Origin: Acidobacteriota bacterium
GTDB lineage: Bacteria > Acidobacteriota > UBA890 > WLXD01
Reading direction: 5' to 3'
NCBI GenBank assembly: GCA_965248695.1
Contig: CBDFKD010000002.1
Span: 2,784,001-2,848,000 of the forward strand
DNA length: 64,000 nucleotides
This document shows positions 39,398-51,456 of the stretch, one piece after another. The notes beneath the pieces were generated by a model. It had not been told where the DNA came from, ran no database searches, and saw only the letters and a program-made list of their open reading frames with translations. Position numbers and translations under genes: made by a program. Position 1 is the stretch's first letter; each line of letters starts with the position of its first letter.

Positions 39398-40800
39398 GAG
39401 ATATAACCGAAAGTTGTGGATGGGAGGAAAAAGAAAGGCAGCGTAACCTTCGCTGGGGATTTCAACAACCAGCAGCCGGCTATGGAGGCCGGGAAGGAGA
39501 CGCCACCCGTGCTCAAGATTATCGGTGGGACTGAAGGTGCGGAAGAGCAGCTGAGGCTGGACGTGGATGAGCTCACCCGGCAGGGGGCGGTGCAAATGCT
39601 GGCAGCGGCGCTGGAGTGGGAGGTTCAGCAGTATGTCCAGCGCTACGCGGGGCAGCTAGACGAAGCGGGCCGCCGGCAGGTAGTACGCAACGGACGAGCT
39701 CGGGCACGCAAGATCACGCTGGGGTGCGGGACGGTCCAGGTAGCTGCACCGCGGATCAACGATAAGCGGCTCGACGAGCAGGGACTCAGGCAGCGGTTCA
39801 GCAGTCGGATCCTGCCGCCGTACATGCGGCGTTCGCCAAAGGTGGCTGAGGTGTTGCCGGTGCTGTACCTGAGGGGCTTGTCGACGGGCGACTTCAAGGA
39901 GGCGCTGCCGATCCTACTGGGGCAGGAGGCGAGCGGCCTGTCGCCGTCGGCGATCTGCCGGCTGACCAACGCCTGGAGCACGGAGTACGAGGCGTTCCGC
40001 AGGCTGGATCTATCTACCAAGCAGTACGTCTACGTATGGGCCGACGGCGTGCACTTCAACATCCGACGTGAGGATGATCGGCTTTGCACGCTGGTGCTGC
40101 TGGGCGTTTTGCCGGACGGCACCAAGGAGCTCATTGCCGTCGAGGACGGGTATCGAGAGAGCACCGAGAGCTGGGCGTTCGTGCTCCGAGATCTGAAGCG
40201 TCGAGGGATGCCGGCACCGTTGCTGGCGGTGGGTGACGGTGCGCTAGGGTTCTGGGCACCGGTGCGAGAGGTATGGCCCGAGAGCCGAGAGCAACGATGC
40301 TGGGTGCATCGGCTGGCCAACGTGCTGGACAAGTTACCGAAGCGGCTGCAGGCCAAGGCCAAGCGTGCGCTCCACGAGATCATCGACGCGCCAACGCGTG
40401 AGGATGCTCAGGAGGCCATGACGCGGTTCGCTGCCGACTACGGAGCCAAGTACCCCAAGGCCGTCGCCTCGTTGCAGCGCGACGCCGACAAGCTGCTGAC
40501 GTTCTTCGACTTTCCCGCCGAGCACTGGGTTCATCTGCGCACCGTCAACCCGATCGAGTCGGCGTTCGCCACGGTGAGGCTCAGACAGCGCGTCACCAAG
40601 GGCGCCGGCTCACGCACCAAGGCGCTGACGATGGCCTTCAAGCTCCTGGAGATGGCGCAACGAAGATGGCGCCGCATCAACGCTCCCCACCTCAGTGCCC
40701 TCGTGCTCGAGGGCGCCACATTCGTCGACGGAGTTCACCTGATCTCTAGCGAAGACGCTGCCTGATCGGATCCCCTGATCCACAACATTTCAAATAACTC
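39398..40800 (+). mobile_element. IS256-family element (transposase 39482-40765)
   Basis: VVRNG, YLRGLSTGDF, WADG, GDGALGFW and QRCWVH; IRs GAGATAT...GTTGTGGA / TCCACAAC...ATAACTC. Confidence 0.93.
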
Positions 40801-40888
40801 CCATGCAACGTGACTGTGGTGGTAGCGTAGCGATCGGCACGCGACTCGCGAGGCCGCCTCTTCGGTAGACGATTCGGATGGAGCCAGG

Positions 40889-41605
40889 ATGAACGACGAC
40901 ACTCGAGTTTCGCGATCCACACCCCCCTGGGGATCGACAACGCCCATCGCCATCGCCTACCTCGATACACCGCCGCCCGGGCTCGATCGGTGGGACGGTG
41001 GACCGGTGCCGGCCGGCTGCGTGTTCTGGAGCGAAGCGATGAAGGGGCGCCCCTTCTACACGCTTCCGGAGGATCACTACAACTGTGCCGTCGGTAGCTA
41101 CACGCACAACATCTCGCTTCCCGACGAACGCAGCGCGGAGCTCGATCAGAGCCTCAGCGAGATGGTGGGCGCCGGCTACCTCGACATGGCGGAGGTAGCC
41201 GGAATCCCGCGGCTGAGCGCTTCTCCGGCAGTCGTGGCTTACGGGCCGGTGGACGATGTGAGCTTCGTTCCCGATGTCGTTCTGGTTGCCGTCGACGCGA
41301 GCCAGGCGATGTTGCTCTACGAGGCTGCGCTGAAAGCCGGCATCGGCGAGGCAATTGCGCCAGCTCTCGGACGGCCGTCGTGCGCCGTCCTGCCGCTGAC
41401 ACACAATGGTGGATCGATGTCGATGTCGCTCGGCTGCAAGGGCAACCGGATCTTCACGCAGCTCGGCGACGAGCAGATGTACGTCTGTGTCCCGGGAGAC
41501 AGGTGGTCGGATCTCCTACACGGACTCGATCGGGTCGCCAGCGCCAACGCTGCAATGGCGAGCCACTATGAGACCCACCGCGACCGCGTCGGACAGACGG
41601 GCTGA
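40889..41605 (+). CDS. DUF169-family protein
   Basis: C..W, CAVG, PDVV, RPSC and SLGCKGNR motifs. Confidence 0.75.
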   Translation: MNDDTRVSRSTPPWGSTTPIAIAYLDTPPPGLDRWDGGPVPAGCVFWSEAMKGRPFYTLPEDHYNCAVGSYTHNISLPDERSAELDQSLSEMVGAGYLDMAEVAGIPRLSASPAVVAYGPVDDVSFVPDVVLVAVDASQAMLLYEAALKAGIGEAIAPALGRPSCAVLPLTHNGGSMSMSLGCKGNRIFTQLGDEQMYVCVPGDRWSDLLHGLDRVASANAAMASHYETHRDRVGQTG

Positions 41606-41630
41606 CACCGACCGGCAGAAGGAGTTGGCA

Positions 41631-42911
41631 ATGAAACGACGGTTGGTTGTAGCGGTTGCGACGATGGCTGTTGCCTCGACTGCCCTGGCCCAGCAAAGAC
41701 CCGACCCGAATCGTCCCGGGGCGCGAGAGGTGATCGAGTACGACGTGCCCGACACGGTCGACATCGACTACAAAGTGCTCGACAGCATCGATACCTCGTC
41801 GTCGGCGTACGGCGTTGTGCCGCTGCCCGCCGAGGTCGGCAAGACCCTGACCGGTCTCTTCAGCAAGTACACCAAGCACGTCGCGCCCAACGGTAAGCCG
41901 ATCCACATCTTCGGCCAATCGCGCGTGAGTGAGCTGCAGATGGCGCGTGCCCGGGAGATCCTGAAATACCACCTCACGGATGCGCCGGGCACCCGGTTCG
42001 GCAGCGACAAGGCCGCCATCGCCAACCGGATGGGAGACGTGCGCGCCACGCTCATATACACCGACACCCAGGCCAGGGCGTTCGCGATGTACGACATCGT
42101 CGGAGAGTCGGAGCTCGCGCTCCAGGACCTGTACGCCACCGAATCACCGGTGGAGGGCGACTACGTCTACCTTCACAACGAGGCCGAACCGGGAGCCTTT
42201 TTCACGCGCGACGCCTCGTACGAGGAGATCTTGCATCTCGTGCATGCCAAGGGCATCGAGGCGATGCTTCCCGAGTACCACGCCGCGATCGTGGACGCCG
42301 AGCAGCGTGCCGTGGATGCCGGGATCTACAAGTACGGCAGGCCGGCTCCCCACGAGTACATCATCAGCGGCTTCGACATCTACTTCGGACTGTGGGACCA
42401 CCATCCTCAAGGCGACGGGGGCTCCTACGGCGGCGAGTATCCCTACCACACACGCGTCGAAATGAAGGCGGGCGATCGGCCTCTGTTCGATCTCATCGAG
42501 GGCTTCTGGCCCGAGTACCTGACCTACAACGCCTACATCGATGCGTCGTTCGAGGGCAACTTCCTGATGGCCTACGACGGAGCGGTCGAGTACACCAACA
42601 AGTCCCGGTTCCTGGTGCAGGTCACGTTGACCGGCTCGAACGACTCGGGCGTTCGTGGCAACGACCAGGACAACGTGCTGACCGGAAACGCCGGCAACAA
42701 CGAGCTCACCGGAGCGGCGGGAGACGATCTCGTCGCCGGCGCGGCCGGCACCGACCGTGCCACCTTCGCCGGGGTGGCATCCGAGTATGGAATCGATACG
42801 AGCGGGTCGACGACGACCGTGGCCGATACGGTGGAGGACCGCGACGGGACCGACCGACTGACCGGTGTGGAGATCCTCGTCTTTCGCGACAGAGAGGTCG
42901 CCGTCGAGTAA
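41631..42911 (+). CDS. Secreted protein with C-terminal RTX-like Ca-binding repeats
   Basis: AAGGAG RBS, signal peptide, GNDQDNVLTGNAGNNELTGAAGDD and DGTDRLTGVE. Confidence 0.75.
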   Translation: MKRRLVVAVATMAVASTALAQQRPDPNRPGAREVIEYDVPDTVDIDYKVLDSIDTSSSAYGVVPLPAEVGKTLTGLFSKYTKHVAPNGKPIHIFGQSRVSELQMARAREILKYHLTDAPGTRFGSDKAAIANRMGDVRATLIYTDTQARAFAMYDIVGESELALQDLYATESPVEGDYVYLHNEAEPGAFFTRDASYEEILHLVHAKGIEAMLPEYHAAIVDAEQRAVDAGIYKYGRPAPHEYIISGFDIYFGLWDHHPQGDGGSYGGEYPYHTRVEMKAGDRPLFDLIEGFWPEYLTYNAYIDASFEGNFLMAYDGAVEYTNKSRFLVQVTLTGSNDSGVRGNDQDNVLTGNAGNNELTGAAGDDLVAGAAGTDRATFAGVASEYGIDTSGSTTTVADTVEDRDGTDRLTGVEILVFRDREVAVE

Positions 42912-43013
42912 GGTCGCCCAGCCTGCGACAAGACCAGGATGGAGGCGACCCTGAAAGATCGTCGAGACGGGCGCCCCCCGTTGAGACCTTCGTTCCAAAC
43001 CGAGGAGACGCGC

Positions 43014-44786
43014 ATGTCAACACGATCCGTATGCCAGCTGGCCTTGTCGTTGGTCCTGTTGGGCGGAGCGCTGGATGCCGGATTTGCTCAATCGACTCCG
43101 ACGGGGAGTGCCCTCGTTGCGGGGACCGAGGCAATCGGTGCCGCCGTACGGCAGAACGGCAGCTACGACGATCTCGTGGCGCTCTTCTTCGAGTTCCGCG
43201 AGGCGCAGGACTCGACCAACGATCAGGGCGTGCCCGACTACACACGGGGAGCGGTTGCCGAGCGGTACCAGGAGTTGCAGCGGTTTCGCGAGCGGCTGGC
43301 CGGCTTCGAGATCAATGCTTGGCCTCTCTGGCAGCAGGTCGACTATCACCTCGTCCGCGCTGAAATGAACGCCGTGGAATTCCACCATCGGGTTCACAAG
43401 CCCTGGGAACGCGATCCCGGCTTCTACTCGATTCGTGGTGGCGACGCCGGAGCAGCGATCGAAGCCGAGGCGTTCACGCGCCCTCTCTTCGAGCTCGAGC
43501 CACCCTTCTCCGCCGAAGACAAGACCCGCTATCAGGCGATCCTCAGGGCCATTCCGGGATTCTACGAGCAAGCGCGAGGCAATCTCGCCGAGGCGGCGGG
43601 AGATCTCGCTGTGCTCGCGATTCGCAACTCCGAGAGTGAAGCGCGGATGTACGAGCGGATCGCGCGGCGGTTGCAAGACGCCCACCCCGAACTTGTTGCG
43701 GATGCTCGGGCAGCAGGGCAGGCGGTGCGCGACTACGCCGAGTGGCTGCAGGCCAACCTCGGCGACATGACCGCCGCAGCAGGCATCGGCAAGGACAACT
43801 ACAGCTGGTGGCTGCGAAACGTGCAGCTCTCTCCATGGGGTTGGGAGGAGAGCAACGCCATCATCCAGCGGGAGTACGACCGCATCATCTCGTTCTTGAA
43901 GCTCGAAGAGCAGCGCAACCGCGACTTGCCGTCGCTGGAGGTCGACATGACCATGCGCGATTACCGAGCCAGCGTGTTCGAGGCGCTCCACACCGTCGTC
44001 GAATTCCTACGCGACGAACAGATCATGACGATCGACGACTGGGTCAACCCGGCCGACTACACCGGGTTCGAGTCTCTCGAGGAGCTCGATGAGCGAATTG
44101 CCCGCGAAGGGGGAGGGGGTGATGAACGGCTCCTGCCCGAGAACTCCAGCATCGACACGAAAGTACGCCAGCGCGAGATGCTCCCTGGCGAGACGCACGA
44201 GTTCATCGGCCACATGCTCGATTACCAGCGCCAGGAGCGGCTCACTCGCAGTCCGATACGCAGCGCCGGGCGGCGCTACAACATGGGCTCGATGCGCACC
44301 GAGGGCTGGGCGGTCGCACTCGAGGAGTTGCTCATGCAGGCGGGTGTGCTCGACGACCGCCCTGGCAGAGGCCGCGAGATGGAGTACCTGATGAATGCCT
44401 CGCACATGAGCCTGTCCATCCCCGACATGAAGATGCACTCCAACGAGATCAATCTCACCGAGGCGAGGCAACTTTGCGCCGAGATCATGCCGCGCGGCTG
44501 GTCGCGGCCCGAGGAGGACATGGTCTGGTTCGAGATGCAGTCGAACCTCCGCAATCCAGGCGGGTTTCACAGCAACGTAGTCACCGGCAAGGCCTATTTC
44601 ATGAAGCTGTTCCGGGAACGGGCTCAGCCTCTCGGGGATGACTTCGTGCTCCGCGACTTCATCGACGACTTCCTGGCTGCGGGCGTTATTCCCATGCCCC
44701 TCATTCGCTGGGAGATGACCGGGAACGATGACGACATCGCGTTGGTGACCGAGGAGCTGCCGGCCGACGACAGCGCCGGGAACTAG
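43014..44786 (+). CDS. DUF885-family protein
   Basis: [19 protein letters not shown] and [19 protein letters not shown]. Confidence 0.75.
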   Translation: MSTRSVCQLALSLVLLGGALDAGFAQSTPTGSALVAGTEAIGAAVRQNGSYDDLVALFFEFREAQDSTNDQGVPDYTRGAVAERYQELQRFRERLAGFEINAWPLWQQVDYHLVRAEMNAVEFHHRVHKPWERDPGFYSIRGGDAGAAIEAEAFTRPLFELEPPFSAEDKTRYQAILRAIPGFYEQARGNLAEAAGDLAVLAIRNSESEARMYERIARRLQDAHPELVADARAAGQAVRDYAEWLQANLGDMTAAAGIGKDNYSWWLRNVQLSPWGWEESNAIIQREYDRIISFLKLEEQRNRDLPSLEVDMTMRDYRASVFEALHTVVEFLRDEQIMTIDDWVNPADYTGFESLEELDERIAREGGGGDERLLPENSSIDTKVRQREMLPGETHEFIGHMLDYQRQERLTRSPIRSAGRRYNMGSMRTEGWAVALEELLMQAGVLDDRPGRGREMEYLMNASHMSLSIPDMKMHSNEINLTEARQLCAEIMPRGWSRPEEDMVWFEMQSNLRNPGGFHSNVVTGKAYFMKLFRERAQPLGDDFVLRDFIDDFLAAGVIPMPLIRWEMTGNDDDIALVTEELPADDSAGN

Positions 44787-44817
44787 CGTGTTCGTCCTGA
44801 ACCGCGCGGAGAATCTC

Positions 44818-45753
44818 ATGCGTCCCACGCCGATACGTCTCATTATTCTCGTTGCCGCCCTCGCGTTAACTGTCGGTGCAGACTCACCCGGGTCAGCGAC
44901 GCAGGACATGGGCTCCAGAATCGCTTTCGTCTCGAACCGAGATGGGGATACCGAGATCTATCTGATGAACGCCGATGGGTCCGACGTGACGCGGTTGACG
45001 AACAGCCCGGGCTTTGACGGGGCGCCGGCGTGGTCTCCGGACGGCACACAGATCGCCTTCGCATCCTCGAGGAGTGGCAACGCCGACATCTGCATCATGA
45101 ATGCCGATGGATCCGACGTGACGTGCATCACGACCCACCAGGCAAGCGACCGTGGCCCCTCCTGGTCGCCCGATGGGTCGATGATCGCCTTCGAGTCCGA
45201 TCGCAGCGGCAGCTCGCAGGTGTGGCGCACGAACGTCGACGCCGGCAACTGGGGATACAACCTGACGCAGCTGACCGCCGACCATCCGCTGGGGCGCGTC
45301 AACAACTTCCTGGCGTGGTCGCCCGACGGTGTGTGGGTCGCTTTCGAAGCGGATCGGGACCGGGATGACCCTGAGATCTACCTCGCGAGCGCCGTTGACG
45401 GCACGAACCAACGGCGGTTGACGTACACTCGCGCCCTCGACGAAGTTCCGAGCTGGACCCCGGACAGCAAGCAGATCGTCTATTCGACGGACCGCGATGG
45501 CGAGCCCCAGAACGGCAACTACGAGATCTACATCATGAACGCCGACGGCTCCGACAAACGCCGCCTGACCAACGCACCTGGGGCCGATTCGAACCCGTCG
45601 GTGTCCGCCGACGGTTCACGGATCGCGTTCGATTCCTCCCGCGACGGGACGTCAGAGATCTACGTCATGAACATCGACGGGATGAACCAGGTTCGTTTGA
45701 CGACCTCGGACAGAGGGGTGTCCAGCAACAACCCGGCCTGGTCTCCGCACTAG
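44818..45753 (+). CDS. TolB-like PD40-repeat protein
   Basis: Repeated PAWSPDG..IAF.S.R.G..EIY.MNADG. Confidence 0.9.
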   Translation: MRPTPIRLIILVAALALTVGADSPGSATQDMGSRIAFVSNRDGDTEIYLMNADGSDVTRLTNSPGFDGAPAWSPDGTQIAFASSRSGNADICIMNADGSDVTCITTHQASDRGPSWSPDGSMIAFESDRSGSSQVWRTNVDAGNWGYNLTQLTADHPLGRVNNFLAWSPDGVWVAFEADRDRDDPEIYLASAVDGTNQRRLTYTRALDEVPSWTPDSKQIVYSTDRDGEPQNGNYEIYIMNADGSDKRRLTNAPGADSNPSVSADGSRIAFDSSRDGTSEIYVMNIDGMNQVRLTTSDRGVSSNNPAWSPH

Positions 45754-45775
45754 TCGTTCGCACGAGTTGGCAGCC

Positions 45776-46092
45776 TCAGAACGAGTACGAAGCCCTCCCG
45801 TAGACGAATCGTCCCGGTTCCGGGACCGCGGTTCTGAGGAAAGGATTCTTGGCATTCAGGTGGTTGACGTAGCGTCGGTTCGCCAGGTTGAGCACGCGAA
45901 AGCTGACTCCGAATCCTTGTTGCGATCGCCAGCCTGCGTCCAGATTGATGACCTCGGCGCCTGCGGTCGGGGTCTCGCCGCGCAGGCTGGCCACACGGTT
46001 CTGGTCAGCGGTGATACGCAGCGTTCCCTGGGCGTACCAGCGGCTCTGCGGCTCGAAGCGCACGCCGAGATCTACAGTGAACGGCGAGACGC
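45776..46092 (-). pseudogene. TonB-dependent receptor C-terminal fragment
   Basis: NLANRRYVNHLN...EPGRFVYGRASYSF. Confidence 0.7.
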
Positions 46093-47019
46093 CCCGCACG
46101 ACCTGCTCCGGTCGTGGCGGCAGGGCCAGGCGCGATTGAGACGGATCGTACTCAAAAGGCTTTGTCAGACGCTCCACCAGGGCGTGAAATGGCTTGAAAT
46201 CACTGTCGCTGGTGGCCGCCTCAATCGCTTCTTCCACCAGATGATTGCGCGGAACGAAGGCCGGGTTGGCGGCGTACATGGATTCCTGTCGGTCGGCTGG
46301 CGTGGTCGGTTCTTCTTTCAGTCGCGCCCGCCAGCGCTCCAGCCATGAATTGAATGCTTGCGGGAATTCGAAAATCGCGCCGACCCCTTCGTCGCCCGTG
46401 TTCCCGTTGGCGAGGTCAGCCAGGCGCCGAAAACTGAGGGTGAAGTCCACACTGGTCTCCGCCATCACCGACACCAGGTCCTGTAGCAGGGACTCGTCCT
46501 CTTCACCCTCGGGCCGAAAGCCAAGCTTGCAAGCAATGCCCTGCTGGTGGGCATCCAGGAACTTATCGGGAAACGCATCGACGCTATCCTGCGCCAGCGT
46601 TCCGGCTTGCTCCGGGACTTCGTGCAGCAGTGGCAACAGGGTCTGTGCCAGGCAGACCAGGTTCCAGTGGGCGATGCGGGGCTGGTTGCGGTAGGCATAA
46701 CGGCCGCCATGGTCAATGGAGCTGTAGACGGTGTCGGGATTGAAATCATCCATGAAGGCACAGGGCCCGTAGTCAATGGTTTCCCCGGAAAGCAGCATAT
46801 TGTCCGTATTCATCACGCCGTGGATAAACCCGACCAGTTGCCACCGGGCCACCAGTTGAGCCTGTTGGCCTACGACTTCCTGCAGCAGCGCCTGCGCGGG
46901 ATTGTCTGCCGCGGCCAGGCCTGGGTAGTGGCGAGCTATCACGTGGGCCACCAGCATTTGCAGTGCCTCGGTATCCTGCTTTGAGGCGAAAAACTGGAAC
47001 GTGCCAATGCGGATATGGC
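46093..47019 (-). pseudogene. selO: SelO/YdiU AMPylase C-terminal fragment
   Basis: [24 protein letters not shown] and ANPAFVPRNH; both termini missing. Confidence 0.9.
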
Positions 47020-47950
47020 CTCGGTCGTCCCGAACATTTCTTCGGTTTCGAGCCAGCGCACGTCTGGGAACGCTACGGCAGCCGCAACGAGATGAGCTCC
47101 GAGAGCTGGATCGAGGGCCCGTGGATGACGCGGCACGGCAACACCTATTACCTGCAGTACGCCGCTCCAGGAACCGACTGGATCACGTACGGAGTGGGCG
47201 TGTATACGAGCGATGCTCCGCTCGGCCCGTTTAACTACTACGAGGGGAGCCCGATCCTCGTGCACCGCGGTGGGCTGATCAACGGGACCGGTCACCACAG
47301 TGTGGTCGAGGGGCCCGACGGCGCGCTGTGGGCAGTCTATACGCTCCTGTAGCGAAACTGGAACCGCATGTTCGAGCGTCGCATCGGGCTGGATCCGGTC
47401 GGATTCAACGAGCACGGCAACATACGCATCGCCGGCCCGTCGGAGATTCCCCAGTGGGCCCCGGGCCACTCGCCCGAACCGTGGCGTAACAACGAAACCG
47501 GTTCCATCCCCCTGTCGCTGGACAAGAACTACGTCGCCAGCAGCGAGGCACCCGGGCGCAACGCTCCCTACGCGATCGATGACAACGCCCGCACCTGGTG
47601 GGCACCGACAGTCGACGACCTCGAGCCCTGGCTGCAGATCGACCTCACCGCCGGGTGGCGGCAGGACTACGTCATCGATTCGACGCGCCTTCTGTTCCTG
47701 CTCCCGGAGGGCGACGTGGAGGACGAGTCAGCACCGAGCAACCTCGGCGATCCGTGGCGGATCCGGCGCTACCGAATCGAGGTTTCGTCGAACGGCAAGA
47801 CCTTCTCCACTGTCGTCGACAAGACCGGCAACGGGACCGATAACGCTGTCGAGTTCGATGCGTTCGCCGAGGTTCCGTCCCGGTACGTGCGCCTCACGCT
47901 GACCGGATGGCCCCCGGATCTTCGCGCGGTGTGCTGGAGATCACGGTCTT
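47020..47950 (+). pseudogene. GH43-like glycoside hydrolase + discoidin (F5/8) fragment with nonsense codon
   Basis: WIEGPWM...YYLQYAAPGT, GTGH and AID....TWW; TAG at 47350. Confidence 0.75.
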
Positions 47951-48039
47951 CGGCAGGCCCGTGCCCGAGTAACCGGCTCGCACCACGCTGGCGGCGCGAC
48001 CACGACAGCCGCTACCGGCAGATCAGCTCGCGTGGAGGG

Positions 48040-48400
48040 AGGCGCACGTGGTCGCCCAGACGCTCATGGCCCAGCAGGCCGCCGAGAGGGGCTTCGAGCT
48101 CCTCGGCGAGCGGCGCATGGGCTACATCCCTGAGAACGGCACCTTCTGGTATCAGGCTCGAAGTATCGTTCTACGCGCCCACGGGCTCCTCTACCGGCCG
48201 CACCATCACCACTGGCTCTACCAGCTCCACTTCGGCACCATCCTGACCGGAGGGCTGCCCTACCGGATCCTCGTCTCCGTGATGGGCGTCGTCATCGCCC
48301 TCCTCAGCGTTACCGGAGTCTGGATTTGGTGGGAACGGCGCCGGATCCGAGTTCGCAAGGCCGCCACAGCGTGCCTTGAGTGGCCAAACCCGTACCACCG
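48040..48400 (+). pseudogene. PepSY-associated TM protein 3' fragment
   Basis: WLYQLHFG...GLPYRILVSVMG...LSVTGVWIWW. Confidence 0.65.
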
Positions 48401-48728
48401 AAAGGGGCTCGAGAGACGGTTGCGCGGGAAGCCGGTGCCGAAGCGAACCGTGGCGTCTCTGTTGACAACAGGAGCAACGTCGGTTGCCGCTAACATCCTG
48501 AGAATCAAAAGGTTATAGTCTGCTCTCTCGAAGAGTCCCACAGTAGTCTACGCCGCTCATGATTTGTTGTTCGGGAGTCTGCTGCTCGCCGCAGACACTT
48601 CGAGGCGAATCGGGTGGCGACGTACGGCTCGACATGCGCATTTCGCCGAGGCGCACCGTGCACGGGCCGCTACGGACGTAGAAATCGACGCCACCACAGC
48701 GCCCCGTCCGCCCATTCGACGAAACGTG

Positions 48729-48806
48729 TTCGGGAGCCGCTCGAGCGCGTACAATTCGGGAGCCGCTCGAGCGCGTACAATTCGGGAGCCGCTCGAGCGC
48801 GTACAA
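48729..48806 (+). repeat. Perfect tandem repeat, 3 x 26 bp
   Basis: TTCGGGAGCCGCTCGAGCGCGTACAA x3. Confidence 0.97.
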
Positions 48807-48844
48807 TAGGGGTGGAACTATGCGCTCCCGGGAGACTGGCGGAA

Positions 48845-49534
48845 ATGATATTCGATCCCATGTACGTTCTCTTCATCGCCCCTGGCCTAGTGCTGTCGAT
48901 TTGGGCCAGTGTGCGCGTGAAGAGCGTGTTCAAAAAGTACTCGCAGGTTCGCTGCATGCGGGGCTGCACGGGCGCCGAGGCAGCCCAGGAGCTGCTGCGC
49001 GGGGCCGGGATCACCGACGTGCGCATCGTCCGCTCCCACGGTGTCCTGTCCGATCACTACAACCCGGTCACCAAAACGCTTGCGTTGTCCGAGCAGGTCT
49101 ACAACTCGAACTCCATCGCGGCAGTGGGAGTCGCGACCCACGAAGCCGGGCACGCCATTCAGCACGCGCGACACTATGCACCGCTCTGGGTGCGCTCCGC
49201 ACTGGTGCCGACGGCCAATATCGGATCGAGCCTCGGGTATTTCGTGATGTTAATGGGCCTGTTCGTCGCGTCGACCAACATGGTGCTGGTGGGGGCGGTG
49301 TTGTTTTCGGCGGTTCTGCTGTTCCAGCTCGTCACGCTTCCCGTCGAGTTCAACGCCTCAAGCCGCGCCAAGGCGCTCGTCGTCGAGCACGGCATCATCA
49401 CGATGAAGGAACGGAAGGGCGTCGACAAGGTGTTGAACGCAGCGGCCCTGACCTACGTGGCGGCCGCCGTCAGCACGCTCCTGACTCTGCTGTACTTCCT
49501 GTGGCGGTCTGGGCTGATCGGCGGGCGTCGTTAG
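48845..49534 (+). CDS. Zinc metallopeptidase (YugP/Zn_peptidase_2 family)
   Basis: LSDHYNP, ATHEAGHAIQH, TLPVEFNASSRA and AAALTYVAA. Confidence 0.92.
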   Translation: MIFDPMYVLFIAPGLVLSIWASVRVKSVFKKYSQVRCMRGCTGAEAAQELLRGAGITDVRIVRSHGVLSDHYNPVTKTLALSEQVYNSNSIAAVGVATHEAGHAIQHARHYAPLWVRSALVPTANIGSSLGYFVMLMGLFVASTNMVLVGAVLFSAVLLFQLVTLPVEFNASSRAKALVVEHGIITMKERKGVDKVLNAAALTYVAAAVSTLLTLLYFLWRSGLIGGRR

Positions 49535-49705
49535 TCTCGCGGCTTGCCGCACCCGAGGGCGAGCCTCGCGCACGGCGGGCCCGCAGCTCGTGAAGTCGCC
49601 GAGGTAGATCCGGTTGTCCGCATCGGGAAGCCACGAACATCCGGTCGTGTGGACCTCGTGATCGCCGTTCGACTGCGCGTTCTTGTTGACGTAGTACCCA
49701 GCCAT
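49531..49705 (-). pseudogene. Small hypothetical protein, probably 3'-truncated
   Basis: GGAGG RBS; [27 protein letters not shown]...YLG.F.SC..AV. Confidence 0.55.
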
Positions 49706-49959
49706 TGGTGGTCCCTCCGTGTTGCTGCCGGGATCATGGGATCCTGGCGTCCGATCGTCAGTACTTGAGTGCTCGCGGTCGTGCGGAGGGTTCGGGTCTC
49801 GGCCCGGCGATATCGTGCTCCTTGCTCCGAATACGCCCATCTCGACCCTTGGTCGTGAGCTCGCCCCCCTCTCCGCCCGTGGGGGACGTGACCAACATCG
49901 ACGAGCTGGTCGCCAAGATTCGCCGCTGGATCGAGGAGAAGGAGATCCCGCCAGGTGAG

Positions 49960-50659
49960 GGTCATCAATTCGGTGGCTGGAACCCGCAACTGGGCGACGG
50001 TCGCGCCATACTGCTCGGCGAGGTCATCGCCGCGGACGGTATTCGCCACGATATCCAACTCAAGGGCTCGGGCCGCACGCCCTATTCCCGCAATGGCGAT
50101 GGCCGCGCCCCCCTGGGCCCGGTATTGCGTGAGTACATTGTCAGCGAGGCCATGGCGTCCCTGGACATTCCCACCACCCGCTCGCTGGCGGCCGTGACCA
50201 CTGGCGATCCGGTATACGGGGAGGCAGCCCTGTCGGGCGCAGTCCTGGCTCGCGTGTCCCAGAGCCATATCCGCATTGGCACGTTCCAGTTTTTCGCCTC
50301 AAAGCAGGATGCCGAGGCACTGCAAATGCTGGTGGCCCACGTGATAGCTCGCCACTACCCAGGCCTGGCCGCGGCAGACAATCCCGCGCAGGCGCTGCTG
50401 CAGGAAGTCGTAGGCCAACAGGCTCAACTGGTGGCCCACTGGCAACTGGTTGGGTTTATCCACGGCGTGATGAATACGGACAATATGCTGCTTTCCGGGG
50501 AAACCATTGATTACGGCCCGTGTGCCTTCATGGATGATTTCAATCCCGACACCGTCTACAGCTCCATTGACCATGGCGGCCGTTATGCCTACCGCAACCA
50601 GCCCCGCATCGCCCACTGGAACCTGGTCTGCCTGGCACAGACCCTGTTGCCACTGCTGC
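49960..50659 (+). pseudogene. selO: SelO/YdiU AMPylase central fragment
   Basis: [32 protein letters not shown] and GVMNTDN. Confidence 0.9.
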
Positions 50660-50809
50660 AGGTTAAGCTAGCAGGGACCTTCCCGTCGGAGAGCCGGTCC
50701 GTCTTGTCCAATATTCGACTTATTGGACGCGCTTTGGAACCGCGATCGCATAGCTTTCCGGCAGGCCTGCAAGATCCCGATTGTTGTCGCCAGAGGGAAA
50801 GTGAGGCAA

Positions 50810-51456
50810 ATGGCGAGTAAGCAACGACGAACGGACACCGCACAAGGTTTCTTTGAACGAGAATGTGTTCAGGAGGCAGTTTGGCGAGGCATTATCTCGA
50901 CGAGTGATGGACGCATCACGTATCGCCTCCGCCAAACGAGATCATACGACCTGTCAGACCCCGAGGAACTTATTCGCGCGTTTTCCATTGCGTGGCTAGT
51001 CGTGCAACGCGACTACCCACCGACTCGACTTCGCACCGAGGTTACCGTCCCACGAAGGAATCCATCGGATTACGCGGATGTGGTTGTCTACGAGGATGCT
51101 GATTGTTCAACGCCTTATCTTGTTGTCGAAAATAAGGCCCCGGAGCAGACAGAGAGCAGACGGCGTCAAGGTATTGAACAGGGCTTCGGCAACGCCAATT
51201 CGCTCCGAGCCCCCTTCATGCTCTACGACGAAGGCACTGACTCGGCTGCATTTGACGTGGCGAATCATCCGCCAATGGAGCGCGAACAGAACCGCCTCGG
51301 CCCTCGTGACTCATTGCCGGCAATGTATGGTTCCGCTCCTGAGTACGTTCACATAGCCGGACAGCCCGGTGACATAGAACCATTGGATGCCCGACAACTC
51401 GAGACGGCGGTTCGTCGAGCGCGCGGCATTATATGGTCCGGAGGCCGGCGCGATCC
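50810..51456 (+). pseudogene. HsdR_N-domain restriction/N6-methylase gene, truncated by IS3
   Basis: PEE.IR...YP...EV.VP.R.P...ADVVVY...VENK and IIWSGGRRDP at the IS junction; lower GC. Confidence 0.75.

Noticed and set aside
48729-48806. CRISPR array
   Set aside because: Repeats are head-to-tail with no spacers; no cas genes.
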